Origin: Leptogorgia sarmentosa
Lineage: Eukaryota
Direction: 5' to 3'
Assembly: GCA_964658305.1 (NCBI GenBank)
Contig: OZ210885.1
Coordinates: forward strand, 17,732,001-17,796,000
DNA: 64,000 nucleotides
Positions 1-12,288 of this stretch are shown here, piece after piece. Below the pieces are notes generated by a model. That model saw nothing but the letters and a program-made list of their open reading frames with translations, was not told the origin of the DNA and searched no databases. Made by a program: the position numbers and the translations under genes. The stretch's first letter is position 1. The number at the start of each line of letters is the position of its first letter.

Positions 1-2777
1 TCATTGTTCTTATCACCCCATACCAGGTCGCCGTAGTCAAACAGAGGTAAAATAAGACTCTTGTAATAAAGTAGTCTTGCATATCGCGGTAGCAAATGCT
101 TAATTCTCTTCAGGAGCCCCAGACGTTTGCTGATCTTTGAACAGAGTTGATTTACATGTTCAGTCCAGGTCATATTAGTTGAAAAAGTTATTCCAAGATA
201 AGAGAATTCTTCGACTCTTTCTATATTACTGCCAGCTACCTTGACTGTGACAGAATCAATGCTAGAAAGTTTATGACTACTCCCAATGATCATGAATTTG
301 GTCTTTTTTGTATTCAAAGTTAGTTTATTCTCATTTAGCCAAACACAAACATTACGCAGGTCGGCATTTAGTTTCTCCTCCAGATCCTGCGAGGTGTTAG
401 AAAAGTAATACAGGACAGTATCGTCTGCGTAAAGAGATAATTGTGCATGTTTAATGAAACTTGGTATCTCGTTGATATAAATCAAAAAGAGTAAAGGGCC
501 GAGAATACTGCCCTGTGGAACACCAAAGTTACAGCGTAATGGTTCAGACAGCTCCGGGCCGCAAGTAGTTCGAAGTGATAGAAAATTTAGATAGGAAGCA
601 AACCATGCTATATCTTCAGTAGAAACACCAATGGCAGATAATTTCTTCAGCATAACAGCGTGATCGACCGTGTCGAAGGCCTTGGATAGGTCCAAAAACA
701 CGGCACCGCACATTTCTCCCTTTTCCATACTGGCCAAAATCTCGTCAGCAAAACTCGAGAGTGCTGTTGTTGTGGAACACTTTCGGCGAAAACCAAACTG
801 ATTATCATTGAGAATGTTATGTTCTGTTAAATAATCATAAAGTTGAGTATAAACAGCTTTTTCCATTAACTTGCTCAATGCAGGGAGAACTGATATTGGA
901 CGATAATTAGTTGCGTTCGCTCTGTCCCCAGATTTGTACAAAGGAATTACCTTCGAACATTTCCAAATTGAAGGGAATATATGATTTTGAATGGATCGAG
1001 TTAAGAGCTTTGTAACCGAAGGAGCAATTATTTCTGATGCATCTTTAAGTAGCTTTATATTTATCTTGTCCAAACCGGTTGCTTTCGAAGCTTTGAGAGA
1101 TTTTAGATGTTTAATAACGAAAGATTCATCAATGGGAAGGATATTAAAATGTTGACCACTGGATAGATAGTAACTTGATGCATAACTTGGTGTTATAGCG
1201 GGTAGCTTCTCGGCCAGATATTGACCTATAGTAGCGAAATGTTTATTCAAAATAGAAGCAATCGATTTGTTGTTTGTATATTCAACTCCATCCGAGATAA
1301 TGCAAGTTGGGTTGGACGATTGACATTTCCTAGAAGATGCTTCGTTGACAGCATTCCATAGTTTCTTGGAGTCACCTTTACTTTCCTCAATCAAATTGAT
1401 GTAATATTTTGACTTGCTAGCTTTAATTTCTTTATTCACAAGGTTCCGAGAGTTTTTATATAATTGCCAGTGATCAGGAGAACCTGATTTTCTTGCCTTT
1501 CGATAATAAAAGTCACGTTCACGCATTAAATTGCTGATTTCGGAAGTCATCCAGGGTGAATTTATTCCATTTATGCGTTGTTTCTTAATTGGCGCATGGT
1601 TGTTTGCTACATCGAGAAACAAAGCATTCCAAGTGGAGACTGCATCATTAATGTCATCTTCGTCAGCGACTAAGTGCCATGGAATGTTTTTCAAATCTTG
1701 TACAAAGGAGACACGATAGTAGGATTTGTATGAACGATATTCTATTGTTCTAGGGGTCCCTTTTGGTGCGCCCACTTTCAGACTACAATAGATCAATGAA
1801 TGGTCACTAATCGTTAAGGGTATGACTCCATCTGCAACAAAACGGTGATCATTGTTTACAAAGATTAAGTCAATCATTGTTTGTGACGAATCAGTGACTC
1901 TAGTAGCTTCTTTAATTAATTGGTTTAGGCCCATCGATCTTGCAAAATCCGTCAAAATTTTTTTCGCGGGATTTGATTTCCCTTTAACCGGAGTAAAATC
2001 TACGTTAAAATCACCAAGCAATACTATATCACAGTTCTTGGGGCCAATATTTGCTATACTGTTCTCCATAGATGAAATAAACCTCGCCAAATCAGAGTTC
2101 GGTGGTCTATAAACACTACAAAGAAATATAGGCTTGCACTTGGGCCGAGAAATTTGAATCCAAAGGCATTCATTATCGTCGGTGTTCAAATCATTGCAAA
2201 TACTAAAAGGCAACCCGTCACGGATGTAAGCAATCGTGCCACCACCAAGCCGATTTCCTGATCTGTCTTTACGAATAATACAATAACCAGGCATTTGAAT
2301 TTCCATGTCCGAAATAGAATCATTCAGCCAGGTTTCGGATAGAGTGAGAATGTCAAACACTTTATCGTTAGTTATCTCAAGGCGAAGCATGTCGACCTTA
2401 TTCCTGACACTTTGCACATTTAGGTGAGCTATCTTTAAGCCTTTAATATCCTTAATGTCTTCAACATGATGGTAGCCAGGGTTTACTTCAATATCTCCGG
2501 AAAGAGCGACCAGCATCAAACCCAAGGAAGCGTGTTGAACAAGTTTGCAAGCATGATAAACAGCAAACCAGTTGTCAAAATGGCGGTTATTTTGGCCAGC
2601 ACGTAGACAACTTCCACCAAATCTGCTCGCAATAACGGTTTGGCCGACAAAATAAGCACTGCTATCATTCCATGGTATGATTTCAGCTCCATTTCTTCTA
2701 GATTTTCCGCCAAATATCAGAAAAAAGCAGAAAATAAAGCAAAAACTTATAGAGCACGTATTAATGCGACCAGCCAT
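1..2777 (-). CDS. L2/CR1-group LINE ORF (APE endonuclease + reverse transcriptase), apparently intact, running off the window edge
   Basis: Hand translation from ATG at 2777 gives MAGRINTCSISFCFIFCFFLIFGG..GDIEVNPGY..AHLNVQS..SETWL..VYRPP..GDFN..SDHSLIY..GVPQGSILGPLLFLIYIN..YADD..WGDKNN. The frame at 2777 and at position 3 is the same. The ORF track lists nothing in this frame, as expected for an ORF with no stop inside the window. Confidence 0.9.
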   Translation of the reverse strand, partial: MAGRINTCSISFCFIFCFFLIFGGKSRRNGAEIIPWNDSSAYFVGQTVIASRFGGSCLRAGQNNRHFDNWFAVYHACKLVQHASLGLMLVALSGDIEVNPGYHHVEDIKDIKGLKIAHLNVQSVRNKVDMLRLEITNDKVFDILTLSETWLNDSISDMEIQMPGYCIIRKDRSGNRLGGGTIAYIRDGLPFSICNDLNTDDNECLWIQISRPKCKPIFLCSVYRPPNSDLARFISSMENSIANIGPKNCDIVLLGDFNVDFTPVKGKSNPAKKILTDFARSMGLNQLIKEATRVTDSSQTMIDLIFVNNDHRFVADGVIPLTISDHSLIYCSLKVGAPKGTPRTIEYRSYKSYYRVSFVQDLKNIPWHLVADEDDINDAVSTWNALFLDVANNHAPIKKQRINGINSPWMTSEISNLMRERDFYYRKARKSGSPDHWQLYKNSRNLVNKEIKASKSKYYINLIEESKGDSKKLWNAVNEASSRKCQSSNPTCIISDGVEYTNNKSIASILNKHFATIGQYLAEKLPAITPSYASSYYLSSGQHFNILPIDESFVIKHLKSLKASKATGLDKINIKLLKDASEIIAPSVTKLLTRSIQNHIFPSIWKCSKVIPLYKSGDRANATNYRPISVLPALSKLMEKAVYTQLYDYLTEHNILNDNQFGFRRKCSTTTALSSFADEILASMEKGEMCGAVFLDLSKAFDTVDHAVMLKKLSAIGVSTEDIAWFASYLNFLSLRTTCGPELSEPLRCNFGVPQGSILGPLLFLIYINEIPSFIKHAQLSLYADDTVLYYFSNTSQDLEEKLNADLRNVCVWLNENKLTLNTKKTKFMIIGSSHKLSSIDSVTVKVAGSNIERVEEFSYLGITFSTNMTWTEHVNQLCSKISKRLGLLKRIKHLLPRYARLLYYKSLILPLFDYGDLVWGDKNN
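2472..2498 (-). other. 2A-like (StopGo) motif variant GDIEVNPG-Y, codons 94-102 of the LINE ORF
   Basis: Reverse complement reads gga gat att gaa gta aac cct ggc tac. Canonical motif is D(V/I)ExNPG-P; the last Pro is Tyr here. Confidence 0.75.
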
Positions 2778-2788
2778 GACGGTATCAA

Positions 2789-3310
2789 TCAACGGTAAAC
2801 AAAGACCGGTAAATGATCTGACAAGTCATTAATAATAATTCTACTGAATAAATTATGTGTCAAATGGTTGGTAAAAATATTGTCAATAAGCGTTGCCGAA
2901 TGTGCTGTGATGCGCGTCGGCATACTTATTAAAGGCAAGTACATATGGGAAAACAGATTTTCGACAAATTCATTAGTTGTAGAATGCGCGTTTAAGCAGT
3001 ACATATCTATGTTATAATCTCCCATTATGTAACAGTGCTTGTTGTTTTTTGAAATGGTAGAAAGAATTTCATTAAACTTATCCAAGGATAAAGATAAATT
3101 TTGGTTTGGTGATCGATAAACTACACCAACTACAATATTCTTGCTATTTGGTACGAATATTTCAACAAACAACGACTCAATCATATTTGGATCTGAAAAG
3201 TTACACTCCGAGCATATTTGGTATTCAAGATCATTCCACAAGTACAAACCCACCCCACTGCCGGACCTCGCAGTTGTATGACTGGTATTTGTCTCTAAAC
3301 CGTCGTCCAT
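2789..3310 (-). pseudogene. LINE APE endonuclease fragment (older L2/CR1 copy, truncated at the 5' end of the intact LINE)
   Basis: ORF with ESLFVEI, VYRSP, GDYNID, PTRIT..ATLIDNIF and SDHLPV motifs. Confidence 0.85.
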
Positions 3311-3329
3311 ATGTATGCCCTCAAAATCC

Positions 3330-3560
3330 TGGGTTTGAAGGGGTTACAGAGTCAATCAAGAGAATTTTAAGTAGTTGTAACATTAAGGTCACCTAAAAAA
3401 CCTTATTCGACTTTAGGTCATATCTTCGCAAAGCCAAAAGATCCTATACCTTAAAATCACAAAACATATGCTGTATATTCTATACCGTGCAATGACTGTA
3501 TAGAAGCGCCAGCTTGGCACACGCTTAAAAAAAACAACAGAAAGCTGTTTTAACTTCAAA
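3330..3560 (+). mobile_element. Penelope-like element remnant (region leading into the GIY-YIG endonuclease)
   Basis: Broken frames read GVTESIKRIL..NIKV..KPKDPI..VYSIPCNDC, typical of the Penelope RT/GIY-YIG linker. Confidence 0.55.
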
Positions 3561-4659
3561 AGAAGAAAGTGCTAGAAAACTCCAGAAAATTTTTTTAAAA
3601 GGTGCATGAACCCTCCTAAACACGACTGCTTTGTCACACCGTAATGCCGCTGGGATTTGTGTGTTCGCAGATAACCAGCTTAACTATATCAAATCACGAT
3701 CAGCGATGACGTGTTTTACCAAGCCTTGTTATTTAATACCTTGCTTGAGCCATGAAGACAATGACACGTTTCCATGCCTTTCAGTATGAATGGCTTACCA
3801 AACAACGTTATAGGAATATGCCCTCTTTTGTCTTCAAACACTGCATGCGCTGTAAATAAATTTCATTTCAGAGAGATGTGTGGTAGTAATTTCTCTTGTT
3901 TTGTTTATTGTTAAAATTAACAAACAAGTAGGTTCTAGGTTGTGCTACATGATGTTGTGCTACTAGGTTGTGTTATGATATACACTATGCTTTTATATAC
4001 AGTTTTATCAATATGTATAAACTATTTTCGGCTGGATTCAAACCTGCCTAGAATAACGTTTCTGACAATTTAGTCTATAAGTAACAAATATTTACATTAA
4101 CATTCAACTTACCTGTTTGCGTGAATCGCTTATTATTATTGTCCTTCGAATGACGTTCGACCATGACGAAGCTTGTTGAGTTTATCGCAAGAAATCTTTG
4201 CAAAATTGCTTCCAGTTGTTCATCGTTGCCGTCAAAAAATCCTAAGCAATATTCCTTTTCAAAACTTACGGCATTAAAGTGCTCATTAATAAAAGAAACC
4301 TCAAAATCTCCTGTAGAATTGACCTTTGCCATAGCGCTTAGGGAAAAGTCAGGGAAAACCCACGAAAACCCTGAAATTAAGGCGCGAATTATTTATTAGG
4401 GATGTTCAGGGTTGTTATGGATCATTATGGATCATAAGTTAATATATTCAAAAAGATTACCACTGACCATATTGGATCGCATGCGCGCCCTCTCTCTCCG
4501 CCCGGGATGTAATGATTCCCTTCACGGAAAGGCAGAGGAAGAAAACAGGATTAAAAAAACCTAAAAAACTAAAAGGAGACCAGCTCCTCACCCTCGTAAT
4601 GCCCTAAAATACCACAAGCGAGCCAATCCCTCTCAAAAGATCGCACTTGAGTCTTTGAG

Positions 4660-5860
4660 TCCTTGAGTGTACAGACGTGTGCTTCCGCTCTGACAGAAAG
4701 AGCATTTACAATGGAGAATAAAGAGAAGACTGCGGGAATTAGCCTGCTACATGGTCTAGCTATTAGTCATAAAGGAAAGATATCATGGAAAACGTACTTA
4801 ACTCGAAAGTCACTCAATACTCTCAAGAAGACAATGCCATCTCCAACTCTGATGATCTCAAACTTGCCATAATGACCTGGGTTGAAAATATGAACAGGAA
4901 AATGGATTTTCTGATCAACAAAGTAAGTGATAATAAACACAGAAGACTGAACGAACTAACAATGTTCGAGGAAGCCCTTGATGGTTTAAAGAAAGAAAAC
5001 TTGGAAGTTATGAAGGAAAATATTGACTTGCGAGAGAGGGATGATTAAAGCGTGAAATATTATTATGTGCGATTAAAGCGTGAAATTAAAGGATCAAGAG
5101 CAGGAAATAAAAAGTCTTATCGCTGCAATTAAGCTCCTCCAAGATGACAATAAACAAAATAAACAAGAAGATAGACAGACATACCATACCATCATCTCAA
5201 GTTAAATCCAGAGCGGTGCCTGCATACCAACCAAACATTGGAAATATTGAAACAAGTAATCAATTCGAGCTGCTTAGTGACGACGAGAATGGCGAAACTC
5301 AGTCTGATATATCGGACCTACTGTCTCAAAACCAAGCAAAACAACCAGAGTACACTTGTGATATGTACCAGAAGCAAGCTCTATCCATCGCCAAAGGACC
5401 CCAATGTTCATCCCGTGATCAGCGATTAAGTCATACCAAGGAAGCACCACAAAGAGATATCCAGACACCACGACCCCTTGGTGAACAAAGAGAAGTCCAG
5501 GCTCACCAACCCTCCAATAGTAATCATCGGGATGGTCGACAAAGACGTTCAGACACAACGACCCTCTAGTGAACAAAGAGAAGTCCCGCCTCACCAACCC
5601 TCTAGTGGACAAGGTGTACTCAGGGCCGAACAACAACCCACCACTGCTGATCAAGATAGAAATAGAGCTGTTATTTTGATAGGGGACTCTATGATAAAGC
5701 ATATAGAACCAGGGAAATTGTCACGAAAGCAAGTGTATAAGACATTGCAAAGGAAGTTTACACTATCACTGTGCCGGAAACCCATGATGTGTCTCACATA
5801 ATAGTCCATGCTGGTATTAACAATCTTCAAACTGATTCTGCCAAACAATGTGTGCAAGCC
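4660..5860 (+). pseudogene. CR1/L2 LINE ORF1 remnant (coiled coil + SGNH/GDSL esterase-like start), frameshifted
   Basis: Coiled coil EEALDGLKKENLEV.., SNQFELLSDDE, ILIGDSMIKHI and HIIVHAGINNL in successive frames; cut off at about 5860 by a Tx1 element. Confidence 0.75.
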
Positions 5861-8800
5861 GACGATGGGGGCAAGATGCGCCACCGTTCGGATGAGAAGC
5901 CAAACAAGAGTTCTGTGACGGTAAATGTTGTGGCAGTAGGACATATCTGCCATAAATTATAATGTACCCATGCCACCAAAAGGCGGGCCAGCTCACATTC
6001 GAAAAACAGATGTTCCAACGTTTGTTCATCTGCTCGACAGAAACAGCGCGTATCGATGTTGGGCATGTTAAAGCGGGTTCCCAAGCGAGAGCCCGTGTAG
6101 AAAATGCTGTGCGCTATTTGCCAGTTCAGGTCTATCACAGGCCGGTCAAATTGACATGGATGGAGCTGACTCCAAGTTTGGGGCCAGTGTAGAGGTCCAT
6201 ACTGTGGCGTGAATTTGGCAATACAATGTGGCTGGCTATTAAATTGGTTTGACTACGTTGGTTGGAAGTGGAGATGCAGATGAGGCCGGTAAGGCCACCG
6301 TTGAGAGATTGCCACACCAGAAAGATGATACGATAAAGTTGGGCAAGGCTCTCAAACAACACTGGGAAAAAGAGGATAAAAAGGCCTCACGAGGCTTGCA
6401 ACCAAGTGAGGCAGGAACAAAATGGGTAGATAAGTCCTTCCATTTGCCACGATCTTTGGTGAAGAAACGTTTTACCCATTGAAGGGCAAAAGCATCTGCC
6501 TTGAATTGGAAGTCGATAACTCCAAATCCACCCTTAGATTTGGGAAGGCAGACAACTTTGCGGGCAACAAGATAACGTTTACCAGACCAGAAGAACTTCC
6601 AAACAGCCTTCTGAATCCTCTGAACCGCCCACTTCGGAACAGGGAAGATGTGACACAAATCCCATATCTGGGACAAGGCCAGGGATTTTAAAACAGCTGG
6701 CTCAAAGGTCGGCTGACTATAGTCAGCGGCACTGAAGGTTGCACCAAGTAGTGGGAGCTCTTTAACGCACTGGATACCATGAGGGGTATCTGTACAGTGC
6801 TTCGATGAGCCCAGCCACCTGCCCTTAGATTATCCACGATTCAAACGCGCACCGAGGCTTTCTCAAACTGAGAATACACCTCGAAGGTTGCCTCGATAGA
6901 TTCATCTGTGGTAGGTGGAATCGTCGTATCACCAGCATACCCAGAGCATTTAAACTGTTCCAATGATTGAGGGAGAAAAACCCCAGTAATACCTGGGGCA
7001 GAGCGGATGTTAGCAGCTAACACCTCAATCAACAGAATGTACAATAACAGAGAAAGTAGACAACCCTCCCGCACACCCCGTGAAGGGCGAAAAAAAGAGG
7101 AGGTCCAGCAATTGATTACAACAGCCGATTCAACGTCGGAGTAAAACAACTTTACCCATCGGCAAAAATCTGGACCAAAATTCATAGTGTCCAGAGTCCG
7201 TAAAAGAAAACCCCAATCTACCCAATCAAATGCTTTATCTTGATCCAAAGAGAGGAGAGCGAGGGGAATGTCCTCACGCTCGGCATACTCAATTAGATCC
7301 CGGATCAGTGAGATTCTCTGAGATAGTACGGCCTGGAACACCGCATGTTTGGTCTGGCCCCACAACAGACCCGATGACGCCTAGGAGACGACCCGAAATA
7401 GCTTGAGTAGCTATTTTATAGTCGGCATTGAGCAGACTAATCGGCCGCCAGTTCTTTGTCTCCAAGCGGTCACTCTTTTTGTATAATACAATGATCAGAC
7501 CTCGACGCTGAATCAAAAGGGTTGTGGCGAACGAAACCGGTGTGGGGTCTCGAATGGAGTGCATCTCCTGCTTTGCATGACGCTTAGAGGCTAAATTGAG
7601 AAAAAAGGAGGAGGAAGTTTCCCCCTCCTCAGCCCACTGACAGCGAGCACGAACTTGTGCCCCTCTCGCTTCATGCAAAGCAATGCCTCGGAGATCTTCC
7701 TGTACCTCGGAGATCTTCCTGTACCTCGCAAAGCTTAGTGAATGCAGAGGTATCCCCTGCTTCAAAAAGATGTTGCAGTCGGTGCATTTGCTTGGTCAGG
7801 AAGGATTTATGCTCGCGCCAGTCCACCTCCTTTGACCGACTAAAAGTCTATGTCACTTCTCGAAGGTAGAATTTCCCTTGGTCCCACCAATTCAAAATGG
7901 AGGGAAAGGCCTCAGGTGTATAATGGCCTGCCAGAAGGACCAAAATGAAGTGACAAGGGAGCAATAATTTTCATTGTCCAGGAGGGATGTGTTAAACTTC
8001 CACACTCCAGGACCACTAACAATACGATCACCAAATTCGAACTTGACCAGCAAGTACTGATGATCGGATAAAAAGAAGAGATGATATTCACATTCCCTAA
8101 TAGACTGTTCCATACCATGTCGATGTGCGATGCAAAGGTTCCAGACCCGTGGGTCCAAGAATAAGCTGTCTGCATGGGATGTAATGTATGCCACACCGGA
8201 TATGTCTGGGTATGAAATAGTAGAGCCTGCAAAGCCAGGTCACTTTCCTGGGCGCGTGAAGAGGCAGCACCAGTGTAAGAGGCAGCACCAGTGTAAGAAG
8301 CACGCCAAAGCCTATCCCAATCCTTGTATACCACAGAATTAAAATCACCACAAACAAATGTTGGCCTGGTAAGATCAATTAAACCAGGAATTGAAGAGAA
8401 AAAAGCGTTGCGAGGCGGATTCTTATTTGGGGCATATAATGAGGCGAAACTTAGCTGATCCTTCCCAAAATCAACCAAGACTTGGACAAAAACCGCCCAT
8501 TATCGTCTCGAATCACCTGTTTAACCTTGTGACAATCTTTAATAAGAATAGCCGTACCACAACGCTTATTTGAAACTGACGACGAGACAACTCGAAAGCC
8601 AGAATTAGCGAACCACTTCCTAATGGATTCATGCGAAGGAGCATGTGTTTCTTGCAAACATGCTACATCCACCTTTATACACTTTAACCAATCCACCAGG
8701 GTGGTTCGTTCAATACGGTCGTTAAGACCATTGATATTAATGGACAACAGACTCGCCATCAGAATCTGATGTCCCTGTGGGCAGCTCACCAAAAAGGAGC

Positions 8801-9060
8801 TCCTCGAGTTGATCAGCACGAAGCTGATCACTAACCAACGTGCATGTCGAAGATGCACCGACCTCACTGACATCATCGCGGAGACCAGACAGTGAGGCTT
8901 CATGGATCGATGCCAGTGCCTCGAAAAGATCAAGGGAAGACTCCGACTGTTGGGACGAGACATCCACTGCAGGAGGATCCTGTGAAGCAGCATTATCGTC
9001 ATCCACAGCAGCCTGAGGAAGCACAGGAGCATCATCCATATGCTCCGGGGATCCAACTGG
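5860..9060 (-). mobile_element. Tx1/L1-clade non-LTR retrotransposon B (acidic ORF1 tail, EN, RT, zf-RVT), degraded
   Basis: ORF2 start MASLLSININGL..CLQETH at about 8759, then YAPN, GDFN, SDH, GVWKFNTSLL, NWRPISLLNADYKI, LDQDKAFD, GVREGC, YAGD, KFFWSGK..LPKSKGGFG and CFCRADEQTLEHLFFEC. Confidence 0.9.
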
Positions 9061-11305
9061 CTCAGTAGAGACATTCCCTTACGCAACAAGACATCAACGT
9101 CAGGCGCAATACCATCAAATCGCTGACTGTTGTGACTAAGCCAAATATGATGCCGAAGTACACCAAGCAACGCTGTGTAAGCAACGGGAACACGAGAACC
9201 TGAAGAGAAACCAAAGAGTATGTCCGAAAGAGAAGACACAGACGGACATGCGCGTTGAACCCGAGCCAAAAACCAGTCAAGAACTGCCCTAGCAACCTTA
9301 CATCGAGCGAAAAGATGAGCGAGGTCTTCCAGAAGACCACAAAAACAATCTGGATTGACATTCATACCAAAGCGAACAAGGCGGTCAGAAGTTGGAAGAA
9401 TACCATGGAAAATTAACCAGGAAGTGTCCTGGACTGAACGCACAAAGCGCCAGAGCCATAAGCTGGCCCACTCCAACGGCCAACTTACGTCAATGCCCAT
9501 ATCACAGAATTTGGCTAAGGAATGATGCTGAACTTGCTGCTGCCGCAAGAGGAACGAGTACCCCAGCGAAGCCGTCAACTCAGGCACAGGTAAAGGTTCA
9601 CCCGAAGGTAGAGGGAACACCCAGATTCCCTGCTCCTTCCGACCATGCAAATCTGCCCACACACGCAGAACCGAGGCATAAAACGCAGGGAGCCGCTTGA
9701 GTAAGTAGGCAGGAAGAGAATCCTGTTCCAAAACAGTCAACGGAGGAGCATGAAATACCAGCTCCACATGATGAGTAAAGAGTCCAAGGATGAGGAGAGG
9801 TCGGCAAGTATCGTCGGGACCAGACAGCCCTCAATGAGGAGATTTTATGTGCCACATCGATCACACCAAACCCACCGTGGGATGCGGGCTGCGTGACAGA
9901 AGTACGAGTTCGCCGTCAATTTTACGGTTAGGGCCATATAAATTAACCACCTGAAACGACGTCGACTCATTGGCCACACAAGAAAAATGAACTATGGAAT
10001 CGGCATGAATTCGACCTATGGAATCGGCATACTGCTGAACCACTTGCAAAGATGGGCGATACAAAACAGCCACACCTCGACTCCGGCAGGTACCAGGAGA
10101 GGACACCCCTGAATATTCGAGGGAATTTTTACCCGAGTCCGACTGTGATTTGATCCAAAATGAAAATTCCTCCGAAGAGGTGGCATGGTTTCTTGCAAGC
10201 ACACCATGTCGGCCTTCACGCACGCCAACCATGAAAGGAAGGCAGAGCGCTTAAAAGAGTCTCATTAGCGAGACTAGGGACAAAGACCCAAATAAATTAT
10301 CTTGATTATTGACTGCCATTAAAATTTGTATATATTACCAACACATACTTGCACAACTCAAGCGAAGTCCGACGCCTGAGTGTCCCCATACATACTGACA
10401 TTCACATCACTGAAAGAAAATTCATTGGAGGAAACCTCCAGTCTATTAAAAGTAATCCTATCTTGTGTATCGCAAGGCAGGTTCAGAGTGAAATGTGTTA
10501 AGAGGGATGTTCTAGATTCATTAGTCGGTGTAACAGAAACAAGTTCAGGAGAGAAAGGAGGTGTAGACATGGCGGCAGAGCGGCCAGGCCGAGCCTGAAT
10601 CCTATCATCCCCTACAATATCAGAAGCCTTGTCGGGAGCGGACTCATGAGAGGATGCAGACAAGCTGCGTCGATCCTTACTCAAGGGAGAACGGGAAAAA
10701 GACTGAGGACGGGAACGTTTATGCCCGACCTCTGGACTCTGGGCAGGTGAAGGTGATGGAGTCATTCACTCCACCAGCAACAACTGATGTAAAAGATACC
10801 TCCCAGAAGAACTTCCGTGGAAGCTTCCTCTCTGGTCGATGTACGGGCCTCAGACCGGACAATCCCTGGCACGGCCTTGGAACGACACTTATCAGCGAAT
10901 GACCGACCTGACCACAAGTGTGGTATTGGGTTACATGTAACCCGGTACTGCCCGGGAGACAGAAGCACAACGGCTTCAAAGATATCATTGTAGGCCTCAA
11001 ACTGTGATTTAAGTTCGTGAATGACCTCACAGACATTAACATCCCTTACTTGCAATTGTGAGGACAGAATGATATCGACAGGCACAACTACGAAGCACAA
11101 CCCCAATAGCAAGGTCAAGGAGAGACAAACAGACACAAAAAAACAGCGAGGAACAGAACAGACTTCAATCAACACTGGACAGGACTTCACTACACGTGAC
11201 AAAATGCAACAGCACCAATACACAAAAAAACCCATGAATCTTCTTCACCAACGAAAAGTCACGAACTGCTTCAACTTCTAAAAGGATCCAATCCAAATAA
11301 GAAAT
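9061..11305 (-). mobile_element. Tx1/L1-clade non-LTR retrotransposon A (5' UTR, ORF1 pieces, EN start, internal deletion of RT, zf-RVT)
   Basis: ORF1 fragments at 10358-11100 (CGQVGH knuckle remnant); EN motifs VCLQET, RGVAVL and NLYGPN at 9900-10230; then a jump to C-terminal WLIFHGILPT..CFCGLLEDLAHLFARC. Confidence 0.85.
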
Positions 11306-11332
11306 ATCTTAGCCGAAAGGCCGAGAAGCAAT
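11306..11332 (-). ncRNA. U2: U2 snRNA 5' fragment (nt 1-27), disrupted gene
   Basis: Reverse complement ATTGCTTCTCGGCCTTTCGGCTAAGAT matches the conserved U2 5' end ATCGCTTCTCGGCCTTTTGGCTAAGAT at 25/27 positions and abuts the 5' end of Tx1 element A. Confidence 0.85.
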
Positions 11333-11497
11333 GCCTTTTTCGCCGTTCCACGCCATCTTTTAAGCGAGAAAAGCAAGGTGGTTAAAAAATGCGGTCCTCC
11401 TTCGTGCTGCCATTAGCAGCCCCGGCAGCGAAATCACAAACGAAACGAGCCGCAAACGTTATGGCACATGGCGATGATGACGCGTACAATCAATCGT

Positions 11498-11756
11498 GGT
11501 CAGCACTAGATCATGGTGACCTTACGCACACATCTACGTCTGCTGTACATTCACGTCAGCGATGATAGAAATTTCTTTTGGTGTATTCACAAAATAAACC
11601 AGTCCCAAAACCATAAATCTGACCCTAACCTTTGGTTATGGTTTGGGACTGGTGATCAATAGCAATTTCTATCACCGCTGACGTGAATGTACAGCAGTCG
11701 CGAATATACAGCAGTCACGAATATGAGCGTAAGGTCACCATGATCTAGTGCCGACC
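11498..11756. mobile_element. Mutator-type foldback MITE, copy 1
   Basis: Long TIRs GGTCAGCACTAGATCATGGTGACCTTACGC...GCGTAAGGTCACCATGATCTAGTGCCGACC; perfect 9-bp TSD ATCAATCGT (11489-11497 / 11757-11765). Confidence 0.9.
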
Positions 11757-12288
11757 ATCAATCGTTTGTGCGCTGCTAATTCATTCGGGTGCATGCGTGA
11801 AACTGCTCACGACACACGTGTTCTCCACGAAGTTCTGGCGATTTTTTCGCAGGCGCATGTGGCTCGTTTGCCCAACCTACCTTGGTTTGCTGGCTTCGCA
11901 AACCGATTCGGGAATGGCAAATGACCGACATGCACCGAGTTGAACGAAGCGCGTCCGGTTGCGGAAATGAAGAGTGCATTTGAAGTGGAAATGGTTGTTT
12001 AACACAAGTCTAGTGTAAAATGCATGATCGTTTGGCAGCGCATATTGATTGACTCATTCATTCATTCCATGTTACCTGCATACAATACAACAAGGTGTGA
12101 GTAATCCAATATTGATTGCATGGTTATATATTAGTTTTGAATGACTGTGATGTAGTATCGAGTTACACATGTTCGTGAAACACGCGGCCAGTGTGAAGAA
12201 CACATGGAATTGTTGTCCCTTCAATATACTAGGATGCCCGACGACGCTTGTATCAGTTTTGAGTATGGAAATGGGGATAAGATGATAA

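Noticed and set aside
4075..4332. 85-aa ORF ending at a splice-donor-like site
   Set aside because: May be a first exon of a transposon gene, but I cannot assign a family or find further exons.
5860..9070. 3' remainder of U2 downstream of the Tx1 elements
   Set aside because: Not found at either junction (about 9060 or about 5860); both elements are 3'-truncated, so no TSD can be shown.
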